In this document: one piece after another, positions 12,001 to 24,000 of the stretch | How positions within the stretch are numbered: position 1 is the stretch's first letter | Layout of the letters: each line of letters opens with the position of its first letter | Assembly: GCF_964355755.1 (NCBI RefSeq) | Contig: NC_092670.1 | Location: 26,832,795 to 26,896,794 of the forward strand | DNA: 64,000 nucleotides | Source of the DNA: Antedon mediterranea | Taxonomy: Eukaryota; Animalia; Echinodermata | Reading direction: 5' to 3' | The notes under the pieces: generated by a model | The model's input: the letters and a program-made list of their open reading frames with translations, nothing else | Database searches by the model: none | What the model was told of the DNA's origin: nothing | Made by a program: the position numbers and the translations under genes

Positions 12001-15000
12001 CCACTTGGGCTTTTCCAGTGATTAACTTGGTTTTCACTGGTTTCTGTTTTAATCGCTACTGTTGTGTTAACTCTCTTATCTGATGTCTGTTTGTGTATTT
12101 CTACAGGCGCATACATTGGAATCTCCTCATGTTCAGGTAATTTATTCTGATCAATATTTTGTTTTTCTGATAGGTTGTTAACTTTCTGAACTTTAGCGTA
12201 CATAGGAAATACATCAAGAGTGTATTGCTGTTGATTATTAAGTGATCCTGATGTAGTTATATTTTTCATATTCAGTTTATCTTCAGTGATATTTGGTGTC
12301 TGTTTATATTTACAATATAAATGGAATCCAAAAAAGCCACAAATTGTAATGATTATGATTACTACTACAATTGCTATGGGTATATAAAAACTAGTTGTTT
12401 TCAAAGTTTTCTGAACTTTATCTTGGTGTTGATTAGTTGAATGAGTTGAATATGTTTGAGTAGCAACTGGTTGAGTCATAGGCATTGTTAATCCATCAAC
12501 TACTTTAATTACTATTTTTCCTGAACCACTCTTTGAATCAAATGTTGCTCTACATTTTAACACCTTCCCATTATCTATCAAAGAAATGCTTGCAAAGCAA
12601 CGTGTATTGCTTCTTTGTGAGTGTAAGAAAGATGATGATCCATTGTATTCCCAAGTAAATTCTATTAGACCAGCACATGTGTCACATGTTACTATGCATT
12701 GAAAACATCCCTCACTTCCAGAAATAATTGGCATTGTATTTTGCGTAAAAACAACTACCGGTAATGATGAAGTTTCTTCTTTAACAATATTCATTAGATT
12801 TGTTGAACATGATTCTGCTTGTCCACCTTCTAAGGATGATGCTATACATGTAAAATAATTATTTACATTTTTACTTGCCAGTATTGTTATATTAAGGTAA
12901 CTTTTTTCTGTTGATTGAGGAAATGTTGCAGAGTTAAGGAATCCTTCAGAGTCAGATTTGTACCATGTAAGTCTTGTATCATGATTGCCTGCTCCTATCA
13001 TACATGAAAGTGCAATTCTTTCAGTCAATGTAACTGTTTTCGGCAAATCCATGCATCTTGGCTCAGGAACTTTTTTGACAATAAGTTTTGCTGAACTTTG
13101 AATTCCTGTTTTCTGAAGAACAAGACAAAGAAAAATTCCTGCATCAATATGCTTCACATCAGTAATCCTCAAAGTTGTGGTAATATACTTACCATCACCA
13201 GGCTTAAATGTGAATGTTGTGTCAACTGTATACTTGTTATTGTTTATTTCCATTCTATTGCCATTAGAAATGTACTGTTCACTTGAATACCATCCAACAG
13301 TGTATGTAAGCTCTTCTTTTACATTTTTATTCATTTTGATTATACAGTTGAACGTTGCCTCCTCACCTGCAGAAGCTACTACATCTACAGGATCTTTAGT
13401 TATTACTGCACATTTTACAACTTGAAAATAATTCATCAGATAAAAAAACAAGAAAGTACAAATGAACTTTAGTTGAATCATCTTCCCACTGTTATTAAAA
13501 GTCTGGTTAGAGAGTTAGATCTCTTGTGTTATTATTCTTGTCAGAAAACATACATGAATGATTTTCAATACATATGAGCACTGTGCTATACAGTAATGTA
13601 TTATACACAGAATGACTAGTAGCATTTAGACCATCCAGGAAACTTGTAAAGGAAATCAAGGTTTTAATATTTCCCAAGTGATTGTGTGTTATGTCTGGGT
13701 GATGAATTGTTATTGGTTACAGTATCAATGCATTGTCATTTGTTTATTGATATGAATAGTTTGTTTTTATACAATCAATAATTTTGTATTAGGCTACTGT
13801 AACACTACAGCCTCAAGTCTGGCACGACTCGCCGCGATTGAGATTTTAAGCCAGGTTTGAGTTTATTGAGCGGTCACACTATTCAAATTCTGTTGGGTTG
13901 TTCCCCGATCGAAAGCGGAAATCAGTTGGCTAGCTAAATTATGTGAGCCAAAAAGAACCAAACTCAAACAGAACTATATAAGAAGTACTGTAAATTAAGA
14001 AATGTAGTTCAAAGATCAGTCAAAAATGCAAAGTCTGAATTTTTCATTAACAAAATATCTCAATGTATTAATCTAATCCAAAAAAGTTATGGTCTACCTT
14101 AAGTAGCTTAGGTTACAAAAATAACTATAAACGTGATTCTAATCTAGTTCTCAAAAACGAAGGGGGTGAAATTTTACATGATCCCAAAGACATTGCAACT
14201 CGTTTTAACAATTATTTTGCGGATATTGCTAACAACCTTAAAAAAAACCTTCCTCCTAAGAAAAATTTATATAACCCACATTCAGCAAAATTTAAAAACT
14301 ATTATGATAAAAACCTAAAAGATTTAAACTTGAGCCTGTTAGTGATGATTTTGTACACGCTAAATTAATTAGATTAAATGTTAGTAAAGGTGCTGGCCCT
14401 GATGAAATTCCTGCTCGTTTCTTACGAGATGGGGCAGGTTTTCTCAAGCTTCCACTGACACATGTAATTAATGCATCAATTGTTAGTGATAATGTACCTG
14501 ATGACTTTAAACTGGCTAAATTTAAGCCTATTTTTAAAAAGGGGGATCGTACAGACCCCAATAACTATCGACCTGTTAGCGTTTTATGCACTGCTTCTAA
14601 AGTTCTTGAAAGGGCAACGTATATCCAACTAGCCAATCATCTTTTGAATGCTATTGAATTGAATTGAAATATATATTTATACTGGGTAACCTCTTCAGTC
14701 AAAGACTGGTCTCCCAGAGGGCCCAGTTGGTGATCAGTGGCTGTGATGTACTAATACACCGGGGTAACCCCCTACTCGTCTCGAAAGATGTACTAGGTTC
14801 TTTAAAGTGCACACGAGCTAGATGTGTACACTGGACCTACGGTTTATAGTCCTTATCCGAGAAGACTCGTTCTACCACCAGAACCATGGAGTGAGTGAGC
14901 CTCGAACCCCTGCCGATGTTATGGCTACGTGATTACGGTTCCACTGTCTTAACCGCTCGGCCACTCACTCACTAAAATCTTAAAAACAACAATCTGATAT

Positions 15001-18000
15001 ATAGCCTACAATCTGGCTTCAGAGAAGGTTTCTCAACTGAGACCTGTCTCATTCATCTCATCGACCATGTTAAATAAAAAATGGCTAATGGTCAACTTAC
15101 CGGGATGATTTTGTTGGACATACGTAAAGCCTTTGATTCAGTTAATCATGGTATTATATGTAAAAAATTGTATGATATAGGCTGGTTCCGGTCTTATTTA
15201 TCAGACAGAAAACAATATGTTGCTGTTAAGAATGCAACATCGGGTCATAATAGCATAGAACATGGGGTGCCACAGGGTAGTATTCTGGGCCCTCTACTTT
15301 TCTTAGTGTATATTAATGACATTGTTACATCAATTAATCCTGAATGTAAACTTTTTCTTTATGCCGACGACTGTGCTATTTTGTATAGCGATCCAAATCC
15401 TAATATTATTGAAGCTAAATTGAACGATTGTTTAAATAACTGCAATGACTGGTTAGTTGACAATGGTCTCACGATGCACGCTGGAAAAACTGAGAGTATT
15501 ATATTTGGTACTAAACAACGTCTAAACAATGTTAATTTTAAATTAAATGCATTAGGTCAAGACATTGTAGCCAGCAAAGTTATAAATTATCTAGGTGTAA
15601 AAATAGACCAACAGGCTTCTGGTGACCTAATAGCCAATTCTATAATTCATAAAATAAATAGCCGCCTTAAATTTTTGTACAGGCAAAATAAAAATCTAGA
15701 TAAAGTTAGTAGAAAACTACTATGTTCAGCTTTACTCCAACCGCTCTTCGACTACGCTGCCCCAGCATGGTGTTACGATGTATCACAGCCTCTAAAAAAT
15801 AAACTTCAAACTTCTCAAAATAAAATAGTTAGGTTTATTAATCAATCTAATGTTAGATCTCATGTTGGTCAGTCGGAACTTCAAGAATTAAGACTTTTAA
15901 ATGTGGTAAATAGGGTTAATTTTTTAAGTTTATGCTATGTTTTTAAGATTTTTAATGACACTGCTCCATTGTACCTAAATGAGCATTTTACACTTATCAG
16001 GGATTTTCATGAGAGGGTGACCAGAAGTAGCACTATGTGTAATTTCCGTATCCCAATAATTAAAGGATGTGCTAGCAAAACGGAACAATCTTCCTCTTTA
16101 TATCAAGAAATCGTCGAACATAACCTCTTTTAAACAGACTCTAAAATCATTGTATTTTTTAATTTTTTTAAAAATGCATTTTATACAAATTTTAAATATT
16201 ATACTTTTATACTTTTAAATATTTCGTATTTGACATTTTGGATTTTAACTGTTAATCTAATCTCTTTTTTGTATAAGGATTCTGTGCAATTTGTTTCTCT
16301 GTGTTTCTGGACCCCAGTGGAAATAAGTTTTTAACTTTTTGGGATATCCTTTTAACTCGAGTCTGTTGTACTGATTTTTAATTGTTTACATGTTTTATTG
16401 TTTGTATCTGTGTTGACTCGTTAATAAAGAAATCAATCAATCAATCAATCAATCTGTAGTACATACTTAGAATTCACTAGGCCTATGCATTTTGTTGTTT
16501 ATTGTAGATGATTTAAAATATATATGTAATCGACTGATGGTAAGCATAGGCATCCCATTCGATCCATGTTCGGTCACATTACAAAAATCTCAATTGCGGT
16601 GAGTCGCGCCAGGCTTGAGGCTGTAGTGTGACCGTAGCCTTGGTTTTCATTTACATACATTGTATTGAGAGTTTTTAAGTGCCAAATGATCAATTAATCA
16701 ATCAATTAATCATGCTTTTACAATTTATTTTTATAACAAAGGTTGATGAAGATTGTGATATAAATTTAAATTGAGCTAACCTAAGTAAGTAAGCCTGCCC
16801 AGGCCTAGGCGTAAAAGAATGAACATATAACGGAAAATAAATACTGATTAATGATTCCTTAGTACATTAACAGAAGAATTTCCATCAACAATTATATACT
16901 TTACAGTAATAAAATTACTAATAATTCTAATAATAATAATTTATCTTCTTTATCGAGCCAAATCGCCATATTTTCAGGGCGTCGCACGTACCAGGTTACT
17001 CCTGTGAGTGACCAATCACAAACGGTCTTTCAGCGCATCTATTAAGGGCTCATCATCAGCCCGGGAACGGGAGGGGTCAGGGATTAATTGTTATTGTATA
17101 TTGCACGCTCGAGCGTCGATGACCTGCTGCCCGGGGCGCTCTTTAATTGTTACTGTGTTTTGCATGCTCGATCCATTTTGGGAACGGCCGAGAAAAACCG
17201 ATCTCAGGGTTTGGCAATTTCAAGGAAATTTATCTAAAAAACACCTTTTTCGCATAAAGGGGAATTAAAAGGTGCCTCACCTTGCGGTTTAAGAGGAGAT
17301 AGAGGAACAAATTTTGGCTTAGTGCTATTATTTTATAGGCTATATATGTTTAACGTCAAACTAGGCCTATAGCTAGCGTATGATGTTCGTACGCTACCGC
17401 TCTTTACCAGCTAGGCCTACAAAACTAAGCCCAACTAAGCTACAGTAGTCCTAGAAACGTCTACGAGAGAACTTTTGACGCAAGCTACTACGGTAGTGCA
17501 TTGTTTAATGGTTTAATAAGTTGCATTAATTATTTTTACAAAACGTCAAAATTGCAGGTCAGTCTAGACATCGAGAGAAAAAGTACAGGAAGTAACTCCG
17601 ATCTGCACACTGCGAACATGCATCAGAGAGTGTGTTTTACAAGTATGACGTCATGAGCTCAGATATGCATCATGAATATTCATGATATATGCACGCCTTT
17701 ATATAATAATAATGCCTCCGGGCCAACTAGACTAGTGCAGTGAGAGGTGCCATTTTATCATGAAAATTATGTCGGAGAGTATACATTTCCAACGTTACTT
17801 TTTAAATATTTTTTTTAATAAAGCATATTTGATTTTACAATTACGGTACTAAAATAATGGATGCATGTATTTATATAATTCATAATATATGAATCAAAAG
17901 GCAAAGTTGGAATATTGCACACAGAAAAAGATTATGGCATAATATGACCTGAACTTTTTTAAAATTTAATTTAATTTTATTAAATCGAAACCAACAGCGA

Positions 18001-21000
18001 TAATTACCGCTGCTAACATGTTTGATACAAACAAAGCCAGGACTGTTTAAAGCACCTTGATTGGTCCTAACATTGATCAAGGGCTTCTCTTGTCCAGTGC
18101 CCCTTGACCAAAGGAAAGGCATAATCCAATACGTTTGAGGCAGATAGTAAATGCAGGGCTGCCATAAGAGTCAGCAGTGCTGATTTCAAATGCCTAACGG
18201 GACCCCAGCTCCATATACAGCACCCAATATTACCAGATGGTCTCCCATCCAAGCTCTAATCAGGTCCAACGTTGCTTAATTTCGGTGATCTGACCAGCGG
18301 TGGCGCCAGGATTTTCCCAACGAGGGGGCTAAGCGAGCGAAGCCAGCATTACTAGGCTGGGAGCAATGCGTCCTGCGTCATTTGAGGCCCTTTAATCAGA
18401 TTTAGGGTAGCCACTTTTTCCCTTTTTTATAATGCATAAATATAACACTGCATGCAAAAAAAAAATGATGCGCGATGAATGTTTTAATCCATATTTTTCA
18501 ATTTAAAAAATAACTGTTCAAAATATGCCTATAGTTTCTGAGTAAATTGTAGCATAGAAAAAGTAATCTACGCGAACGTAAAACATACCCACAGACGAAG
18601 AGGTAGGCCTATATTGTTTATCGCAGAGGCGTAGGCTGGTTGCCGTCTGGGGTGCAAAAATTGTAAATGCGAGGCTTGGGCTGATCTGTAAGAAAATTTT
18701 GAAAAATAGAGCTGCTAGGTCCCCGGAAGTTGAAATTATACATATTAATGATACTCTGAAACGAAATTACAAGTCTACAGAACCAGACAATGTAGGTTGG
18801 GATGGAGCTAAACAAATTTAGAGAAATAGAGTTAGAGGTACCGGAAATTGAACTTCAAAACATGAAACAAAATATACAATTCCATATCATGGTTGTGACT
18901 GAGCTATAGACATTTTTGAAAAATAGAGCCGTTAGGTCCTGGAAAATGCACTTATTGTACTTCGGAATATGACCAGCTTTATGGTTGGGGCTGAGCTAAG
19001 AAAATGTTTAAAACTAGAGCTGCAGGTCTTAAAAAAATTGCATCTCCTGGTCAATGGAACGTCGCAGTTTTCTGGGCGCTGAAGCTAAGAAGTGAACGCG
19101 AACAATTTTTACTGTAATATATTCCCCGACAAAAAGTACCAGTGTTCCCCGACGTGGGCTAGGCCCCCCAACGAGGGGGCTAGATCCCCCAACGAGGGGG
19201 CTAGATCCCCCAACGAGGGGGCTAGATCCCCCGCAGTACTGCAATGATGAAAATAATTGAACCAAGTTGTTCATGCTTATGAACATGATGGTGTCATCAA
19301 AATATAAAAGATGGTAAATCATCCAAAAGATAATTGATTGACCTAGACAATATCCAAATATTGAAGAAATTTAAATACGCATAAACAGAGATGCGCTCTA
19401 TTAAATGTGATGAGCTATGACGAAAGAGACAAAAATCCTATATTTTATATTTGGGTGGCCATACGATGACCTCACAATGTTAGCCATATTGATGCATGAT
19501 CCGATATCTACAACTCATCAATTTCTAGAATATGTAATAAAAATTAATTTTCCTGTGTACTTTAGAAACTATGACTGTGTTAAAAACAGACATAATTTTG
19601 ATGAATTTTGGAACTTTTTCATCAAAAACCGCAATAATTATCTAATTTGACGTGCTCGTAAGACATGATTTTAAGTCGAAATGGTTTCAAATTTTGTAAC
19701 ATTACTAGAAAAGGATAAAAATACATAAGTCATACAAAACATGTCTTTAAAGCTACGTGCGGACCGCGCACATTAAAATTTGCACGCACGCGGTTCTTTT
19801 TGAGATGCGCAAAATGTCATGATTTGTGTAGAAAGTTGATTATAAATTAATTTTGCGCATTTTAAAATTTTAAATGCGTGTGCACGCGTAACTTTGTGTA
19901 AAACATGCCATTTTTATTCAACAGAAAGTTGGCCCTTGATATCTATATATAAAATATGGTTAATTCTGACATAGGCTAGCACAATGCAAAAACTTTGGTA
20001 CAAATCTCCGCCTTGGATACCTACATTATCTATCTCAGATGTACTGCGAAACGTAGATTTGATAACATTAGTTTCACATTGACGCTATTGTTCCATATTT
20101 CTATCTTAGGAAGATATTATAAAGAGTTTTTTAACCCAATTTATGATTTCAACAGTAGATTTTCAACTCAATTTCAATTCTTCGCGGGTCAAAGTAATTT
20201 CCGGGTTCACCTTGCAACAACCTGGTTTCAACTATTTTCTCTCTTTTATACACAAGGGAGCAGTTAAAATAATAGATTTGACCCTAAAGGTGACTGGAAA
20301 CAGGCACTTTCCATCAATCAATACAGTGTCCCTTTGGAAGAAGGATGAAAAAAACCGATAGTAGGACTGGAGCTTAAGTTGCATAGCCATTTCAGTTTTT
20401 AGTTTATTTTAGGAACGGACCGCACGTGTGTGAAGGTACAGTAGTTAAAAAATTAAAATTATACTGCAAATTAATAAAGATAAAATTAAATATACGCCAT
20501 AAAGAATTGGAATATATTGTGGGAAATAGTATTATAAAATTACATAGGGAGATTTGATGATAAGACATTTTGTTTAAAATCGAGTGAAATCCTGATAGTT
20601 GATTGAATAAGCTGGCAGGAATAACTGTAGGCTATCTGTGTCCCGTTAGGACCGAGATGTCTGCCCATGTTGCAAGCCGTAATGTCTTCTTTCTTGGGCC
20701 CACTCTGTCACGGCACGGCAGTTAGTTTCAAAAGATGTTTAAATTAAATAATGTATTAATAATTATTAGGATGGTATTTATTTGAATAAACGCCTCTCCA
20801 ATAAAACTTTGAATAATAATCATTATACTCTTTGTAGTAGAATTCATCGCACTGTTATCTACAATTTACCAAGCATTTGTTATTCTTTTTTACCACTTTT
20901 CATCTATTAGAGGATTTCATTTGATTATAAATGTTACCATATTATTAAAACTAAAAAAATTAACATATATCCCTCGAAAAAAAGCACCTCCCTCAAATGA

Positions 21001-24000
21001 ACTCCGCCTCCCCAAAGGGCCCTACCAAACAATAAACACTATACTTTAAAATGTTATTAAAGCCCCATTCCCTACGTTTTTTAGATCTAATTTAAGATCA
21101 CAAACTATATTTAATGTAAAAATAATACTATATGGTCCTATTGCGATAACTTTTTTCGTCTTTAAACGGTTAAAAATGTGAAAAATACATCGATTCTAAT
21201 AATTATAGCGGCCCGCTATAAATCCCAAAATGCATTGCGCGCGGATTGATATTTTTGTTTTTCACCTGTAATTCGCCCACTTTTCGATCGATCGTGAAGC
21301 CAAAACAAATGGAAGACTCCTAACTTTTCAGCAAAAATATAGGGGTTTTCCCCAATTTGTATCAACGGAGTCTGGCAAAAATAGAAAGACAATTAATGCA
21401 GCAACTATACAACGTCAGGCTAGGTATATAGCTAGCGTACGATGTTCGTACGTTATCGATGTTTACCAGCTAGGCCTACAAAACTAAGCCTAGCTAGGCT
21501 AGGCCTAAGACCGTCCACGAGAGGTCGATCGCCGCGAGCTACTTAGGTAGTGCATTGTTTCTCACTTTTTATCATAATTTACCATAAAACGTACATTTAA
21601 GACAAGGAATGACATGGTTTAATGTTTTTAAAGTGATATATATGTATTATTTTCCAAAAAACGTCCAAAATTGCAGGGAAGGGGTCTTTAATCATCTAAA
21701 ACACTGTGAAACAGAGTAGTTTAGTTTTACGAATGTCAAGCATTTTCAATAATGGTAACCGACAGAAAACTTACAAGGAGAACATTTTTATCATTCCGAG
21801 AACCATCGTCTACACTTCCTAGAGGGGAGCGAGCGAAGCGAACTCACCCTTTAGTAACTAAAATTTTCACAAAGTGTCAATAAAAAATTATGTTTAGTTT
21901 TTAATGCTTGCGTAAGTCATGTTGCGCAACTCTGACGTCATTTAAAATAGGAGGTGCTCAACTTCACGTAAATGTCCATATGTTGACAAAAAATGTGACG
22001 TTTTTGAGATAAGCGAGACACAAAAATGACAGAAAGAAAGAAGAATAATACAGAAAAAAAAAGATGATGAAACAGGACAGTTACAAGGAGTTACGAAAAT
22101 AAAAGACGCTAAAGAAAAATTGTGCTGTATGAATTAGATGATGTGCGCAAACACATAATAAAAGTATAAAATGACAAACTATATTATTTTGGGTGTTTTT
22201 CGTGGTGCATTAATTATTTTGTACGTATATAAAATAAAAAGTATACAAAAATCAAATGAAAAACACATTATGCGGAAACACGAATTGTTAAATTTATTCA
22301 TTTACCGTACATTTTATGGTTTTTGATATTTTGCAATTTTTTTTGTATTGGAGATTTGTTACGTACTTGCTACTTTTGTAATTAAATTGTGGTCTGCCAG
22401 AAACCCGTGCTCCGCCCGGTTTGTCCACCTTAATAATAATTCGCATGGCATGATTAAGTATAATAAAAGCATACTTTTCCCGGCCACAATATTTCTCTTT
22501 CGTACATAAGTTGGGGCCCCCTTAATGAGACGTCACAAAATAAACATGAATATTCATTAATCATGTCCATAAGGTGTGACGTAAGAAATGAGCTAACTAC
22601 AATTCGCTAAAAAAAAAAATCACTTCCCCGCCCCTGACAAATTATAAAAAAAAAAAAATTGTCAACAATACAATTCGAAACTATTTACAGCCATTGATTT
22701 TGTTATACACGGAGTATTCGTCAGACTTTGACATCTGTAAGCTACAAAATGAAAGCAATACTGGATTTGGGGTGCGCCTCAGAAAGTGACAACATGCATG
22801 AGCGGGACAGACTTCAGCATGCACGTTGAAGTCTGTCAATCAGTCGGCAATGATTAAAACATTTTAATGATAAAATATGAATTGGCAAGTTATCGAATAA
22901 GATGGATTGGAATAATAATAATGCTTACGGACTCGGAAATCAACACAAAAAGTAGTCGAAATTAGATGATGCGCTCGGACACAAACATTTTGGGTGTATT
23001 TTTCATTGATATTTAATATTTAGTGGAAACACAACACCAATTTGGATTCGTTTTATTTGCGCGTTTGTTTTGTTGTTGTTAATTTACATTTTTTTATTTC
23101 ATGTTTTTTATATTTTGCAATATTTCTGTGTGAGGTTTCATATCTTTTTTGCTAGTTTTGTAATTAATTGTGGTCTAGTTTTGATTTTTAGCTTTAAGCG
23201 GTGATATTCATTAATTACACGGATTCCAACTCGAACGTACTAAACAGTGATATCTATGGCCACGGCATTTTACTCACTGGGGCAAACAGTGATTTACAAA
23301 AATCGTTCTGTTCAAAGAATAGGTGTAATTGATTAAAACTTCAACAACGCGATCATCCGATACGGTTGACTGGCTGCCAAGACTAAACAGTGTTTTAATT
23401 TGGTGGCCCTGCATGGTATTTTTAGATCCTTTGTAGCCTATCGTGTGCGGCCCATCAATAAACATCAGTGTGCCAAATGTGAGCACATACCGTTCAGTGT
23501 TTTTGGAGGAGATACGCAAAATATGCGAAAAATTTAGTAGCATGAATATATAGATATTTGTATTGGTCGAGAAGCAATAACACTGTTCTCTTACATGTAC
23601 CATTATTGTGTATGACTGAATATAATCCCATGCTCAAGTATAATCCCACCACCTAATTTTGGTCACAAGGCATTAGTAATGCAATTCGACACCCAAATTT
23701 GAAAGGTTAAGCTACCTTGTATACAATCAAAACAAGTAATAAAGGTGTGATAACTTAAATTTTGATCTGAAAAAGAAAAATCTCTGCTGTTTTTTTTTAT
23801 CTATATTATAATCCCATCATTGTCCACAAATTTTGTACCCATTATTACTTGATCATGGTACTCGCATTGAGTTCATATTAAAATCTCTAATTTCTAAGAG
23901 TTGTGTCAGTGAAGACTCAAGCCTCAGGTTTTGATTAACACACTGTTACTAGTGTTAGTGATAAAACTTTTAATTGGCACATGCTAACTATATTGTTTAG

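Larger units (their letters stand above)
13791..16640. mobile_element. MITE with ~57-bp terminal inverted repeats enclosing the LINE+SINE
   Basis: 13791-13847 AGGCTACTGTAACACTACAGCCTCAAGTCTGGCACGACTCGCCGCGATTGAGATTTT matches the reverse complement of 16584-16640 with few mismatches. Confidence 0.85.

Noticed and set aside
19157-19232. Palindromic 21-bp repeats resembling a CRISPR array (also the 70-bp array at 43769)
   Set aside because: No unique spacers, no cas genes, eukaryotic context.
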